From contig NC_043001.1 in assembly GCF_006345805.1 (NCBI RefSeq), positions 105,586,001-105,650,000 of the forward strand: a stretch of 64,000 nucleotides of DNA, written 5' to 3'. The notes below the pieces were generated by a model. That model saw only the letters and a program-made list of their open reading frames with translations. It ran no database searches and had not been told where the DNA came from. The first letter of the stretch is position 1. Each line of letters starts with the position of its first letter. Positions 1-12,175 of the stretch are shown piece after piece. The translations under genes were made by a program, and so were the position numbers. This stretch comes from Octopus sinensis (taxonomy: Eukaryota).

Positions 1-598
1 GCTACATGGAAATGGTTAGGTGCATATTTGGATGAAAGTACAGCCACCAGGCAACTGTCAAATTAATGGGCCACATTCTAAACAGTTCATCGCTTCTATT
101 CGTCTTCGGACGTATTTTGGTTTTCCGAGTGGACACTGAAATTAGTACACCCCCCACCCACACATACACACACAGACACATACAAATATGCAAGGAAGTT
201 ATATATTTGCGAACACAAAAATCACGAAAAAGATACGTGAAATGTGGGGACGGGTTAGCTCTAAAGCAGGCCCGTTTTGTTTATAATGAACAGCAGATAT
301 AAGTATCTGACGATTTATACTGTGACAAAGTGTACAGACAGCTAGAATCCTAATATACAAGTAGCATTTATTTTTTTTCATTTTTCCTCTAACATAAACT
401 TTATTCCCATTTAGAAATCTGAAATGTAATCATCACAAAAATAAATAAAATAACTTTTTAAAAAAACTAGAATCTAAGGGAAAAATCAAGAGAGAAACAT
501 GTTTTATTACCAACAAAAATGAGCAAGCTATAATAAGGTATACATATTTTGAATCATGCGCTGAGCGCATTTATGTGTGTCAGTGTGTGTATGTAAGA

Positions 599-634
<36 letters not shown>

Positions 635-1888
635 GTCTGCGTAATATTCATTGTCGAAAAAGATTTGTTAGATGATATTATCCGTGCAGCTAAGAGATAC
701 GTTCTCTCTGAATTACCTTTAGAATTCAAAAGAAACTTATAAAAGGAAACAAATTCAATCAGATCGTGAAATTCAAATATTTGAGTTTCCCTTGTTCTCA
801 ACATTTCCTTGGATATACCCTAGACGTTCCCTTGGCAGAAATTTCAGATTTAGGAAATGTATGCTTACATGCGTTTACGTATGTAAGCATAGAGCGGAAA
901 AATTTGTCAATAGACAGTTTTGTAAGGGTAATTTGCACAGTATTTCTGCAGTTGTAACGGCAATTCTGCGCTCGAAAAAATATCTTCTAATTTGTATCGC
1001 TCAGCACACATTTCGACGTTTATAAAAACAAATGTTAGTTTATTTGCTTTTATATACACCTGTATATACATATACTTACATACATACATACATGCAGACA
1101 TATATATATATATATATATATATAAATGTAAGATCCGAGGATCGAGGTGTAGGAAGAAAGTTAGCTTCAAGCAATCCGTAGTAAACATGAAAAACAACTT
1201 ACAGGGACAACAGTGGTTTATTGAAACGGAAGGTTGTGGATTTTTTTCGTATCCAAATACAATAAACTGAAATAAGTTTTTTGTACATTTCGCGGTAGGC
1301 GACCTGCGATGCCGGATGTGTGAATTAAAATACAAAAGTTACGGAATGGACTCGATTAGATTTGGGCTACATATGTTTCATAGCGAGTGGAATCTTCCAC
1401 GCATTAATATTTACCTCCTTTCGACAATGTGAACGTTTATCTAACCACGTTATCCTTGGCCTGAAGATTAGGCTTCTATATATGCCTGGATTGTATATTT
1501 ACCACTTTCGAGGTTCCGTTCGCTAAGAAACATATGTAACTCGGATCTTATCACTCCATTCCGTAAGTCTTGTTTGCATACAATATCCTTACGTATCTCA
1601 CGTCTGTTTTCATTCCTCCACTTCACTCTATATTTCATATCTTCTCTATACTTTTGCCGGATAATCTCCTTTGTCATTTTCATTATAGCTTTGAAAACAA
1701 ATAATAGTGAAATCGAATTGCAATCTTCAAAACTTGCGTTAAGAGGAAGCAATGCAAAATTACTAACCGCTTTTATAGCAAGTTGAGGGAGTTAGTTTAT
1801 TCCGCCCCCTCCGATTTTAGGTCATACAATTGAAAAAACCGCAACATTTATGGGATAAGCCACTATATATATATATATATATATATAT

Positions 1889-2028
1889 TAAGGTATGTAG
1901 AAAAATACAACATGGACAAGAACGTATAACTCTTAGAAGACGATACAATAAACATGGACAGGACATTCGAACCCCTCAGTCTTCAGTCAAGAACCGGATC
2001 ATCGTAGTAATTTCGGCTGATTAATCTT
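1889..2028. mobile_element. Interspersed repeat family P1 fragment (PLE-terminal-like), next to (TA)n
   Basis: Aligns by eye with 18350-18445 (cagtcaagaaccggat-atc-t-gcaatttcggctgattaatctt). Flanked by TA runs. The PLE affinity is inference. Confidence 0.5.
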
Positions 2029-2710
2029 ATATATATATCAACACAACTTTTTTCCCCCTTCCTCCCTTATTTTTCTTTTCCTTTTTCCTTTTTTTGTCTC
2101 TTTCCCCTTCTCCAAACACACAGACACGCGCACATGCAAACGCACGCACGCGCGCACACAGACACACAGACATACACACACACACACACACACACACACC
2201 TCCACAAAACGATCATACAAAGTGACAAGAATTCTTAAAAACCTAAAAAGACAACTGACCATCCCAACAATGTTAAAAGGAAATATAATTTATGGCTTAC
2301 CTCCTACCATCACACACTCAATGACACTATGTGAAGTGGTCAAAACTGAAACCCCTTGAAGTCAATATCCTGTCCAGCAGACCAAAAAACTTCTTTCCTT
2401 CTTCTTCCCTCTCCCTTCCCCTCTTTCTCTTTAGCATCACCTCAGATACAAACACACACACGCACACACACACACACACACGCACACACACACATACACA
2501 CATGTTCTCCTTCTCACTTCCTCCTCACCCACCTCACCCTCTTGTACTGTCTTACATTCCTCCCCACCACAACCAGAAACTATAAAATGATTAAAATCCC
2601 CAGCAAATGAACTTGTTTTCATTTGAAAACCTCACTAGAATGGGAGAAAGCGCTAATGAACTAAGTGATATGATATATATGTAAAAAATGTAATATATAA
2701 ATAAATATCT

Positions 2711-2749
2711 GTAAATACAAACCATCCGATCTTCTGATTACCTCATTTC

Positions 2750-2791
<42 letters not shown>

Positions 2792-2857
2792 CATATATAT
2801 ACATATTTGTAGTAAATACAAACCATCCGATCTTCTGATTACCTCATTTCTTCTAAT
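2711..2857 (+). repeat. 46-bp direct repeat (2711-2756, 2812-2857) separated by (TA)n
   Basis: gtaaatacaaaccatccgatcttctgattacctcatttcttctaat occurs twice, identical. Confidence 0.95.
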
Positions 2858-2966
2858 GTATATATATAACGAGAAGCTTTATGAAAATAGACAAAAGACG
2901 AAGGCAGGTGGGAAACAAACAAACAATTGTATTAGTATAGCGCTCAGGAAATATAAATAAAACAAG

Positions 2967-3004
2967 TCTTTAACGTTTCGAGCCTACGCTCTTCAACAGA
3001 AAGA
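2967..3004 (-). ncRNA. Minimal type I hammerhead-like motif, core variant CUGUUGA
   Basis: Minus strand UCUUU-CUGUUGA-A-GAGC(GUAG)GCUC-GAAAC-GUU-AAAGA: 5-bp helix I, 4-bp helix II, palindromic helix III. Core position 6 is non-canonical. Confidence 0.45.
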
Positions 3005-3174
3005 TACACAGAGAGAAAAAAAAACACAGAAAGAAGGAGAGAAAAAAAATGCGTGCAGTAACTAACGAATCAACATGGCGATCTGATTTCGGCCAGAGGT
3101 CAAAGATCAAACATGAGACGCGAGAGCGAAATAAGGGGAGATAATAGGGTGGATAATTGGGTTGAACGACCAGC

Positions 3175-3418
3175 TATTAGTGCGTATGAGAGGTCTGGAC
3201 GTGTGTATGTATAGGGTTGGTGTATGTATTAGTATGTATTAGTATGTATAAGGGTGTGTGTGTGTGTGTGTGTGTATGAGAGAGTATTAGTGCGTATGAG
3301 AGGTCTGGACGTGCGTATGTATGGGGTTGGTGTATGTATTAGTATGTATTAGTATGTATTAGTACGTATTAGTATGTATAAGTGTGTGTGTGTGTGTATG
3401 AGAGAGCATAAGTGCGTA

Positions 3419-3420
<2 letters not shown>
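3175..3420 (+). repeat. Tandem duplication of 110-122-bp unit containing (TATGTATTAG)n and (TG)n
   Basis: tattagtgcgtatgagaggtctggacgtg starts at 3175 and 3285; a partial third unit starts at 3407. Confidence 0.9.
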
Positions 3421-3456
<36 letters not shown>

Positions 3457-5371
3457 TATATATATACATGTATATATATACATACATATATACATATTTG
3501 TAGTATAGCTAACATTATGTGTTATTGAATGCTTTCCGTTCTTACCGTAAAATATTGTGTGACAGCTGAAAATTTAAAATATTGTTTTTCTTTAGGTTTT
3601 AATCAGGAATTCACACAACCGAATGACGTAAGACGTATTGGAACGAGTAAACATATAAACGTACCTAGAGTGCATGCACGAATTTTACATTGTTCTAATT
3701 GTCCCATATTTTTCGGAAATAAATCAAATTACATTTATATTCTTCTTTCCTTTTCATGACTGGTTATACAAGAAGCTTCGCTTTCATACTTTACGGGTGT
3801 TTTGTTTTTCTCTGATGCTTGAATTCTGAATCTAATTTCTTTCATGTTTTAAGAATTGAAAAAATATTTTATTTCCGCAAAAAAGTTTTCTCTCTTTTTT
3901 TGAAATTTTACTTTCAATAATGGCGCCTACTCAAAACAATAATGCATCAACGGTTTAATGGATGGTAGTTTGGGAAACACCTGCTGCGGAGCGAATATTC
4001 TGCAAAAAATACCCTGTTCAAAGTAACGTCTGTTAAACGTCTGTTAACGTGAAATCACCAAAATATATCATCAAAAGATGTGAATGGGTATACTTTGTTG
4101 TATAGCTGTCTGCATAGGAATTTTTGTGAGAAAGTGGTTGGTGTTGTCTTTGTAACTAAATATCGGCAAGAAATGAACAAACATTCAGATCAATACTTTT
4201 GGCTTTTCATATTTGATATAGAAATTACACGTTATTTCCTAGTTTTGAATAATGCTTAAGATCTTCAAATAAATTTAATACAACCGTTTATACGATAAAC
4301 AAAAGATGTATAAATTTTCTGTTTTTGCAGCAGATCAAAGCAATTGCGTTTTATCTCATTTAATTCGGAATTCTGAGATTGATTTCGTAAGACTTTTGTA
4401 TTTTAAACTTTAAACACTTTAAGTATAGCTACCATACCAAACGTTAACTCAAATATTGAGCTCATTTCATTGTATAGTATGAAGTCTAACAACAACCGTA
4501 CTGTATAAATTATCTAATTAGATCAAAACCAACTCGTGAAGACCACATCGAATTTCATTTTCGTTTTATGCACTCTATAATAAATATGGAGTTGATTTTT
4601 CTAAATATTTATCAAATCGATTAAATACTGAATCCTACTAAACATCGTAAATGCCACCAAAATCTTGTAATTCAAGAACATGTGAGAACTATATATTCTA
4701 ATTAACATTCCTTTGATTCGCTAATTGGCGTAATCATGTTTAGGTGATTAAGAAGTTTGCTTCGCGACTACAGAATTTCAAGATTTATCTAACTTAACGG
4801 ATCTTTCTATATAAATATGCTTTACCATAATTTCGCAACAAGTAGGGGTTGTGAATGAGAATTTGGACAGAAGGCTGTGTCATTCATGTTCTTGTAATGT
4901 AGGTTTATTCCGTCCGTTGACAGTTTTTTAAACCATCGTCTGGATTTCGCAGTGTTTCAATGGTGTCGGTTCTCATTGCAAACATTCGGCCCAAGTTGGC
5001 ATTCTAGTGATAAAATCCTAGTTTCTATCCAATCATTTCAGAATCGCCATCAAAAACAAACTTTATGGATGTTACCATTTCTCTTCAAATTAATTCATTA
5101 CGTATTCTTATTATCCAATACTGAAATAACGGCTGATCGATCATGAAAAAGCATAGATGCTGTGTCACATGTAGATATTCTGCAAAAACCCCTTAATTAC
5201 TCTATTTGGTTAACGTGCAGTTATACATGTATCCCCAAATTTTAATGGGTGTACCTCATAAAGCACCGGCTTATCTTTGTGCATCTTTCCCTACAACCCT
5301 AATAGCTGTTTCAGTTTCACTAGTTTGGCAGAATTCTGCAACATCCTGTAAATAATTCATTGTTAACGATA

Positions 5372-5490
5372 GGCGCAGGCGTGACTATGTGGTACGAAAT
5401 TTGCTTTCCAGCCACATGACTGTGGATACAGTCAAACTGCGTGGCACCTTGGGCAAGTGTCTTCTACTATGGTCCCAGATCGTATAAAAC
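5372..5490 (+). mobile_element. SINE-A 5' fragment (tRNA-derived head)
   Basis: ggcgcaggcgtgactatgtggt...gcgtggcaccttgggcaagtgtcttctactat matches heads at 14119 and 28606. Confidence 0.8.
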
Positions 5491-6371
5491 CAAAATAGGT
5501 GCAGTGCAGCATGCTCTCGGTTCAGCTGGTCCTGATATACAGTCGCTTACGTGATTCCATGAAGGTCATCACTGGGGCTGGAGATGATTTTACTGAATGG
5601 CAATATCTCACGTTGACCTTGTCGACGTCGTTTCCTGAGTGTATGTTCGCTGCTTTAACTAGGCCTCTTTTTTTCCTCTGTTGTCGTATTTCCGATTGCC
5701 AGGTCTATTTCGTGTAGTCCGTCATAAAACAACCAATAAAGAAGCAATCACTTTATTGAGGTATGTACGAATTGTTTCGTTATATATCATATAATACACT
5801 ATATTATAAAACGTCTTTTATTTCTGTTACTTTGATTCTTTTATCAAAATGATTTAGCAAAGAAGTATAAAAACAAAGCCAGCATCAAGATATGAATAGA
5901 AAAGCACAATAGCATCTAAAGTAGATAGGCCACACATTTTTAGAAAGGTTATATTTGATTACATCGACCCAAATACTTCATTGGTACTTATTATATCGAC
6001 TTTAGAATGATGAAAAGTAAAGACGACCTTGTCAGAATTTAATCGCAAAACATAAAGAAATATAACGATACATTGTCGCCATGTTGATACAGCTAATTTA
6101 TCACCCTTGACAGGAAGAATTATTAGGACAAAAAAATGAATATCTTTGGTCTGTTATTAAAATTCTGTTAGCTACTACCTTGCGACAAATACAAGATATT
6201 CATCGTAAACCATATAAAAAGAGCAGAATAAATTCGTGTTCAGGTATAGAAATCGATAATGATATAACAAAGCGTTAACCGTCGGTAACCTCGGACTCCC
6301 GATCAACTAAATGTGGTAGCAGCCGACGCTTCCTCATACCATTCATTTAAAATATCTCATTGAATAATATA

Positions 6372-6825
6372 AGTTTCTACTCCAGGCACAAGGCCAGACA
6401 TTTTGGGGGAGGGGCCAGTCGGTTAGATCGAGCCCAGTATGCAACTGGTACTTAATTTATCGATCCCGAAAGGAAAGGTAAAGTCGACCTCAGTGGAATT
6501 TTAACTCAGAACATAAAGACAGACGAAATATCTCTAAGCATTTCGCCCGGCGCGCTAACGTTTCTTATTACTTTACTGCCCACAGGGCGCTACACACAGA
6601 GGGGACAAACAAGGACAGACAAACGGATTAAGTTGATTATATCGTCCCCAGTGCGTAACTGGTACTTCGAGCTCAGTATGCTACTGGTACTTATTTAATC
6701 GACCCCGGAAGGATGAAAAGCAAAGTCGACTTCGGCGGAATTTGAACTCAGAACCTAGCGGCAGACGAAATATCGCTAAGCATTTCACCCGGCGTGCTAA
6801 CGTTTCTGCCAGCTCGTCGCCCTCC
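6372..6825 (-). mobile_element. SINE-B dimeric composite with 14-bp TSD
   Basis: Two SINE-B bodies (gagttcaaattcc..gaggtcgactttgcctttcatcc..ggggtcgat) with different tails. Direct repeat cattgaataatata at 6358-6371 and 6826-6839. Confidence 0.9.
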
Positions 6826-7617
6826 CATTGAATAATATAGTCATAGAAAGTATATGATATATTTCCTGAACAATATGTGGAAAGACTAAGGTTAGCGTCC
6901 CTAGATACTGGTAAGTATTGACCTAAACAACATCATAAACATGGCAGCTTATACTAAGAGTTATTGTAGTATATGTATATGTGTAGCGCATCAATTTCCC
7001 TACCACTACTATTTGACAAATACTGACACATATGACATGAATTGTGCCAAACACATTAGGTTAAACAACGGTCACTCACATTCGTTTCTAAAATTAGCAT
7101 CTCTTGGCGGGAACCACTTTATACTAAATGGAATTCCGCACTTGAGTGGCATTTATGTTGTGTTTATTGCTTCATGTAAACTCATAATTTATAGCGAGAT
7201 AATTAAATATAAGAACACGATTTACCCGATTCTTCTCAGAACTAACAAATGCCCATGCCAGAGATTATATCTAACTTCCTATTTCGACTATAATTACTTT
7301 AACAGCCGCAACATTACGGAAGGCAGGTAAGCGCTCAGTTGGATTTGAACTGGGAATTACGACATGTACATGTCATAGAGAATTTTAGGCAACTGTTTGC
7401 CCATTTATATCCCAAGATTTTAAGTCTTCTTTTTGTTTTTGCTCGTTCAATATAAACGAAATAAGGACACAGGTGAGAGTCAATTACATCAAGTCTGTAA
7501 GAAAGAATGCTGACCACGTCCCAGTTGATACAGAAATAGCCAGATCATACACTGCAATGCTGCAGATACTTATGCCGCCAGTTTACACTCAAAATCCAAA
7601 ATAACAATAGAAACATT

Positions 7618-7973
7618 GGTTTCAAAGTTTAGCACAAGGCCAGCACGCTTGTAGAAGGGAGCCACTCGATTACATTGACCTCAGTCTTCAAATGATTCTT
7701 ATTTTATCGTCACCGATAGGATGAAGAGCAAAGTCGACCAGAATTTGAACTCAGAACGTAACGGCAGACGAAATGCCTATTTCTATTTCTTTACTACCCA
7801 CAAGCAGCTAAACACAGAGCAGACAAACAAGGACAGAAAGACAGATTAAGTCGATTAGAGAGACTGCAGTACTCAAATGTTACTTAATTTATCGACCCCG
7901 AAAGATGAAAGGCACCGTCGACCTCGGCGGAATTTGAATTCAGAACGTAAAGACAGACGAAATATCACTAAGC
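7618..7973 (-). mobile_element. SINE-B dimeric composite, 5'-truncated
   Basis: Two SINE-B bodies. Probable TSD aacaatagaaacatt (7603-7617) / aacaacagaaatatt (7974-7988), 2 mismatches. Confidence 0.85.
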
Positions 7974-8553
7974 AACAACAGAAATATTAAAAAGCTAGTT
8001 GTCTACTATCGCAATTACTGGCTATATTTGACAAATAACATATTTACTTATGTTTATGTGGAGGAAATCAACTCAGAAAGTTTAACAATGTTACGAAGCA
8101 GACAACGACATGTACTTTAAACAAGGATACGCTAATAATATAAGACAGTAGTCTTGTGTTGTAAAATTTAAAAACTAAAATAATCAGGTACCTACATTAA
8201 ATACAGCCTGTCACAAAAAATCTATAACTGTCAGCTTATGTACAAATCTGATTTCCTAATGCAGCTGAATTATTCGACAATATTATTAGATCAACTCTAT
8301 CGCTTATGATCCAAGAATGAGAATTACTGGACAGGAACAAATTTGTCCGCATTTCTAACGTTACTTGACGGCTCAGTCGACGTGTTCTGATAATCAACTA
8401 TGAAGTCTGCAATGTAGAAATGCCTACGTATTAACGAAGCAATAAATTATAGGCATAAAAATAAAATCTCAAAGATAATTGGTTTTGAAATTGAAATATT
8501 ATTTAAAATCATTTTGAAATTTAAATGACAGTACAGGTAGGTTACCAGACCGA

Positions 8554-8857
8554 ATGGATTTCATTGTGTGGTCCGATGAGAAGAAGCAGCGTCTCAAACT
8601 TTGCAGAAATTCCGGAACTGTCGGCCGTTTCCGAAAACTGATGAGTGAAAAATAATTAATAATGCTTGGTTTTGAAATGGATGGATGCTAGTTCGAATCG
8701 TGTTCTTTACTACATATATACCCAGGTATACACACTTGATGATAATTGATGAATAATTCTATCGATCATACCTGCATGGTTCCACGTTTGTCCCAATACC
8801 TGTAAAATTAACATGCCTGCAAATCCTGGTTTATTCTCACCTGAACTAAATGTCAAT
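8554..8857 (+). pseudogene. Highly decayed Tc1/mariner-type transposase remnant
   Basis: Hand translation gives DFIVWSDEKK (first catalytic-Asp-like motif), LVLKWMDASSNRVLYYIYTQ and LFSPELNVN (SPDLNP-like), in the expected order but with deletions and stops. Confidence 0.4.
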
Positions 8858-8902
8858 GCTGCATAATTTAATTTTGGAGTAAATTTCCTTCTACAAATTA
8901 TT

Positions 8903-9093
8903 CTTCTTCTCTTCTAGGCACAAGGCCCGAAAATTTTTTTGGGTGAGGAGGCCAGTCGATAAGATCGACCACAGCACGCAGCTGGTACTTAACTTATCGA
9001 CCCCGAAAGGATGGAAGGCAAAGTCGACCCCCGCAAACTTGGAACGCTAAGCATTTCCCTCGGAATGTTAACGCTTCTGCCAGCTCGCTGTCT
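8903..9093 (-). mobile_element. SINE-B monomer with internal deletion
   Basis: taggcacaaggcccgaaa tail, ggcaaagtcgac, ttctgccagctcgc head. Confidence 0.85.
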
Positions 9094-9552
9094 TTTTTCT
9101 ACCCATTATTGAACTGTAAAGTTGCGCTTAAGCGTCTTATATTTTTCTAATGAACATTTATGCTTCGCTGTTAGAGAATTGTAATAAAGTCGGATGAGGC
9201 TGTCCGACAAAACATTGATTTGAGAGTTTGACGCAAGGCCAGTAGGTTCGTGGGGGTGAGTGTGTGAGCAAGTAATTTACAGGGGAGTAAGTAAATTACA
9301 TTAAAATACATTATTGTCCACATTACTATTAACTTTTATGCAAGAGGTGGCAAGTGGTATTTTCACCTAGTTATTATATACATGAGTGTGTGCGTGTGCA
9401 GGCGTGTGTGAGTGATTTTATTGAATAAATTAACTCTTTAGTATTTCAAGATATTTTTATGCTATTTTGGGAAATATATCGGTTAAAATGAGATGTCAGT
9501 GTTATTTTCATTCTTGCGTAATTTAGACGACAGTTTATTCATCGCACCCTTG

Positions 9553-9678
9553 TATATGTATATACCCATGTATGTGTGTGTGTGTGAGAGAGCGCGCTCG
9601 CGTGTGTGCGTGTGTTTGCGCGCGCGCGAGCATATGTGTGTATGCGTGCGTGTGTGCGTACGTGCGTATGTACGTATA

Positions 9679-9732
<54 letters not shown>

Positions 9733-9756
9733 TATGTATGTATATATATATATATG

Positions 9757-9815
<59 letters not shown>
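9553..9815. repeat. Compound (TG)n/(CG)n/(TA)n microsatellite
   Basis: Direct reading. Confidence 0.95.
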
Positions 9816-9816
<1 letters not shown>

Positions 9817-9949
9817 GGATATTGATATTAATATTAATTGATATAATCGTTTATTATATAGAAATTAAATTACCAGTCTGACATTCATATCTAATCAATA
9901 ATTAATTATTAACCGTCTGAAGGAAACGAGCTATCAAAATCTTTGGTAC

Positions 9950-10035
9950 ACCGGGCGAAACGCTTAGTCATTTTGTCTGTCCTTGCGTTAAAATTCCGAC
10001 GGGGTGGTCTTAGCCTTTCGTCCTTTCAGGGGATA
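9950..10035 (+). mobile_element. SINE-B degraded fragment
   Basis: ccgggcgaaacgcttag..tttgtctgtc..aaattccg..gcctttcgtcctttcagggg. Confidence 0.6.
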
Positions 10036-11591
10036 TGTGCTGTAATGGATGACAATGAAAGGAATAAATTCTCCTGAATATAAAGAGATATTATCCTTAA
10101 TGATTGAAAGTAAGATAAGCATTTAAGTAATTAAGTCGCAAAGAAATTAAATTAAAACGGATGCGGAGATAGAAAGCAAAAATATGGGGAAGCGAATGAA
10201 AGCAAAGATGACGAGAGCTTCATAAAATGGGCGCTAGATGAAAAACATGACGGGAAATTTAAGAAATAAATAAGAGGCAGATATAATTAGTTGGAATTTA
10301 TTTAAAATGCTTTGAAGTTGGTGGTCACCATATATGACACCGGATTCATTTGATTATATACACCTGTTGGTATATATACACACATGCCACACATTAATAC
10401 ACTGTTTAACTGATACACTATTTTACGATGGATTTTATTGAGCACGGGTTAAAACGGGCGATTGCAAATAATTCAGTGCGTTTTGTTGCTGGAATTAAAC
10501 TGAGTAGTAAACTCCACTTGTGGAATTTTTAATTCTTAGGCTGTAATCGTCTGTACATAAACCGAACCTTCTATTCTTGTGAATTCTTTATTTGCATCTT
10601 TAAAAGTTGTTCACCTTAACTTGAAGTGAATAACATGTTCTTCCAAATGCCAGATATAATTGGAGAAATTCGATTTATTTCTCTTTCTTCAACGCCTGAA
10701 AGGAGAAATACAAGTGAGGCAATGCTATTTAAATTAACCTTCTCTTATTCCTTGCAGAATTTTTTTACTTTGTAAATGTCAACAAAATCTGGCGATTCAA
10801 GACTGTGTATAAATATGTTTGTATTAACCTTAACTCGATTGGATAAGTACCTTTGATAGACATAGGCAAAGTTATGTACGCGCTATATAAATTTAAACAA
10901 AGATATTTTGATCTTGCTTATTCTAGAGTAACGTAAAAAGAAAAAAATTCTCTGTAAATCGCCTATAACGGCATTTAAAAGACCATTCTTCCGATTTCGG
11001 CATCAAAATCAAGTTACCTAAAAATAGATAAAATTCAAATGTCTTCATCCATTTAGTGAGTGTACGTCACTGTACGTAACCTATGCCATATTAAATACGT
11101 TAGCAGAATATAATATCGGTGATTAAGAATTATTAGGGCATGTTTAAAATATATTTCATATGTTAATTAGATGGAAAGCAAAAAGTAGAATTCAATTTAA
11201 TTGTCCTTTGACGCTACAGGCATCGCTGGCTAACTTAATAACACTATGGAGTTTTAAAATTATTTAAGTTCTCATGGGTTCTCTACTTTTTCCGCTATCA
11301 AATGAACGTTGTTTTTCATATATTTAAATTGTCGCTTCCTTCGCTTCCAGCTGTACAGGTAGTAATCAAACTGCAGGTGATATCATTAAAAAAACTTGGC
11401 GTTGTTCCGAGAAAAAATTAGTAAGAAATATATTCTGTAACTTCTCTTTAGTAGCATGTGTTTGTTGTTACTTTGAGTTGTTGATGACCTCGACAAAAAC
11501 ATAGGGGACATCAGTATGAACTGTGTTTTCAACTGTTATATGCAAGACATTTTCATACAGGAGTTGTATGAGGAAATTGTTTCCAGCTCTG

Positions 11592-11594
<3 letters not shown>

Positions 11595-11651
<57 letters not shown>

Positions 11652-11655
11652 ATAT

Positions 11656-11752
<97 letters not shown>

Positions 11753-11783
11753 GTGTGTGTGTGTGTTTGTGTGTGCGTGTATC

Positions 11784-11830
<47 letters not shown>
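11595..11830. repeat. (TA)n/(TG)n microsatellite
   Basis: Direct reading. Confidence 0.95.
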
Positions 11831-11833
<3 letters not shown>

Positions 11834-11859
11834 TAATTATGAAGATAGACAAATACTAT

Positions 11860-12127
11860 ACATTAACTGAACTGTGAATTTTATTTCATTATTTCCTTAT
11901 TTGCTTATTATCTCTAAATATTCATGTCTACATCTCTTATCTGAATATTTCCATACCAAGATCCTTCATTTTTTCTGTTTGTCTCTGATGAGGAAAAACC
12001 CCATATTCAGGCATGCTCGCCTATCACTTGGGATATCCCAGAAACAGATGTTAAAACCTGAAATAATTTAAGAAAAATAATGTATATAATTTGAGATGCT
12101 CGTTATGCCTTGGTGTTTGTTGTCCTC

Positions 12128-12130
<3 letters not shown>
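11860..12130 (+). mobile_element. Short repeat P3 (PLE-terminal-like) with degenerate hammerhead core, between two (TA)n runs
   Basis: gtct-CTGATGA-g...ccca-GAAA-cagatg-tt at 11981-12052. Bounded by (TA)n on both sides. Single copy in window. Confidence 0.4.

Positions 12131-12173
<43 letters not shown>

Positions 12174-12175
<2 letters not shown>

Larger units (their letters stand above)
2868..3420 (-). mobile_element. Non-coding repeat family P2 (PLE-terminal-like, hammerhead-bearing) inserted in (TA)n
   Basis: 2880-3100 is the reverse complement of the related copy at 38592-38790 (gaagagcgtaggctcgaaacg, cctgccttcgtcttttgt). TA runs on both sides. Confidence 0.65.

Noticed and set aside
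1130-1800. ORF 1468..1752 and neighbouring coding-like sequence
   Set aside because: No recognisable motif in the frames I translated, and multiple stops; cannot be assigned without a search.
9493-9881. Ile/Tyr-, His/Thr- and Val/Cys-rich ORFs here and throughout (e.g. 11468-11870, 30239-30751, 58795-59699)
   Set aside because: Translations of (TA)n, (CA)n and (TG)n microsatellites, which lack stop codons; no coding evidence.
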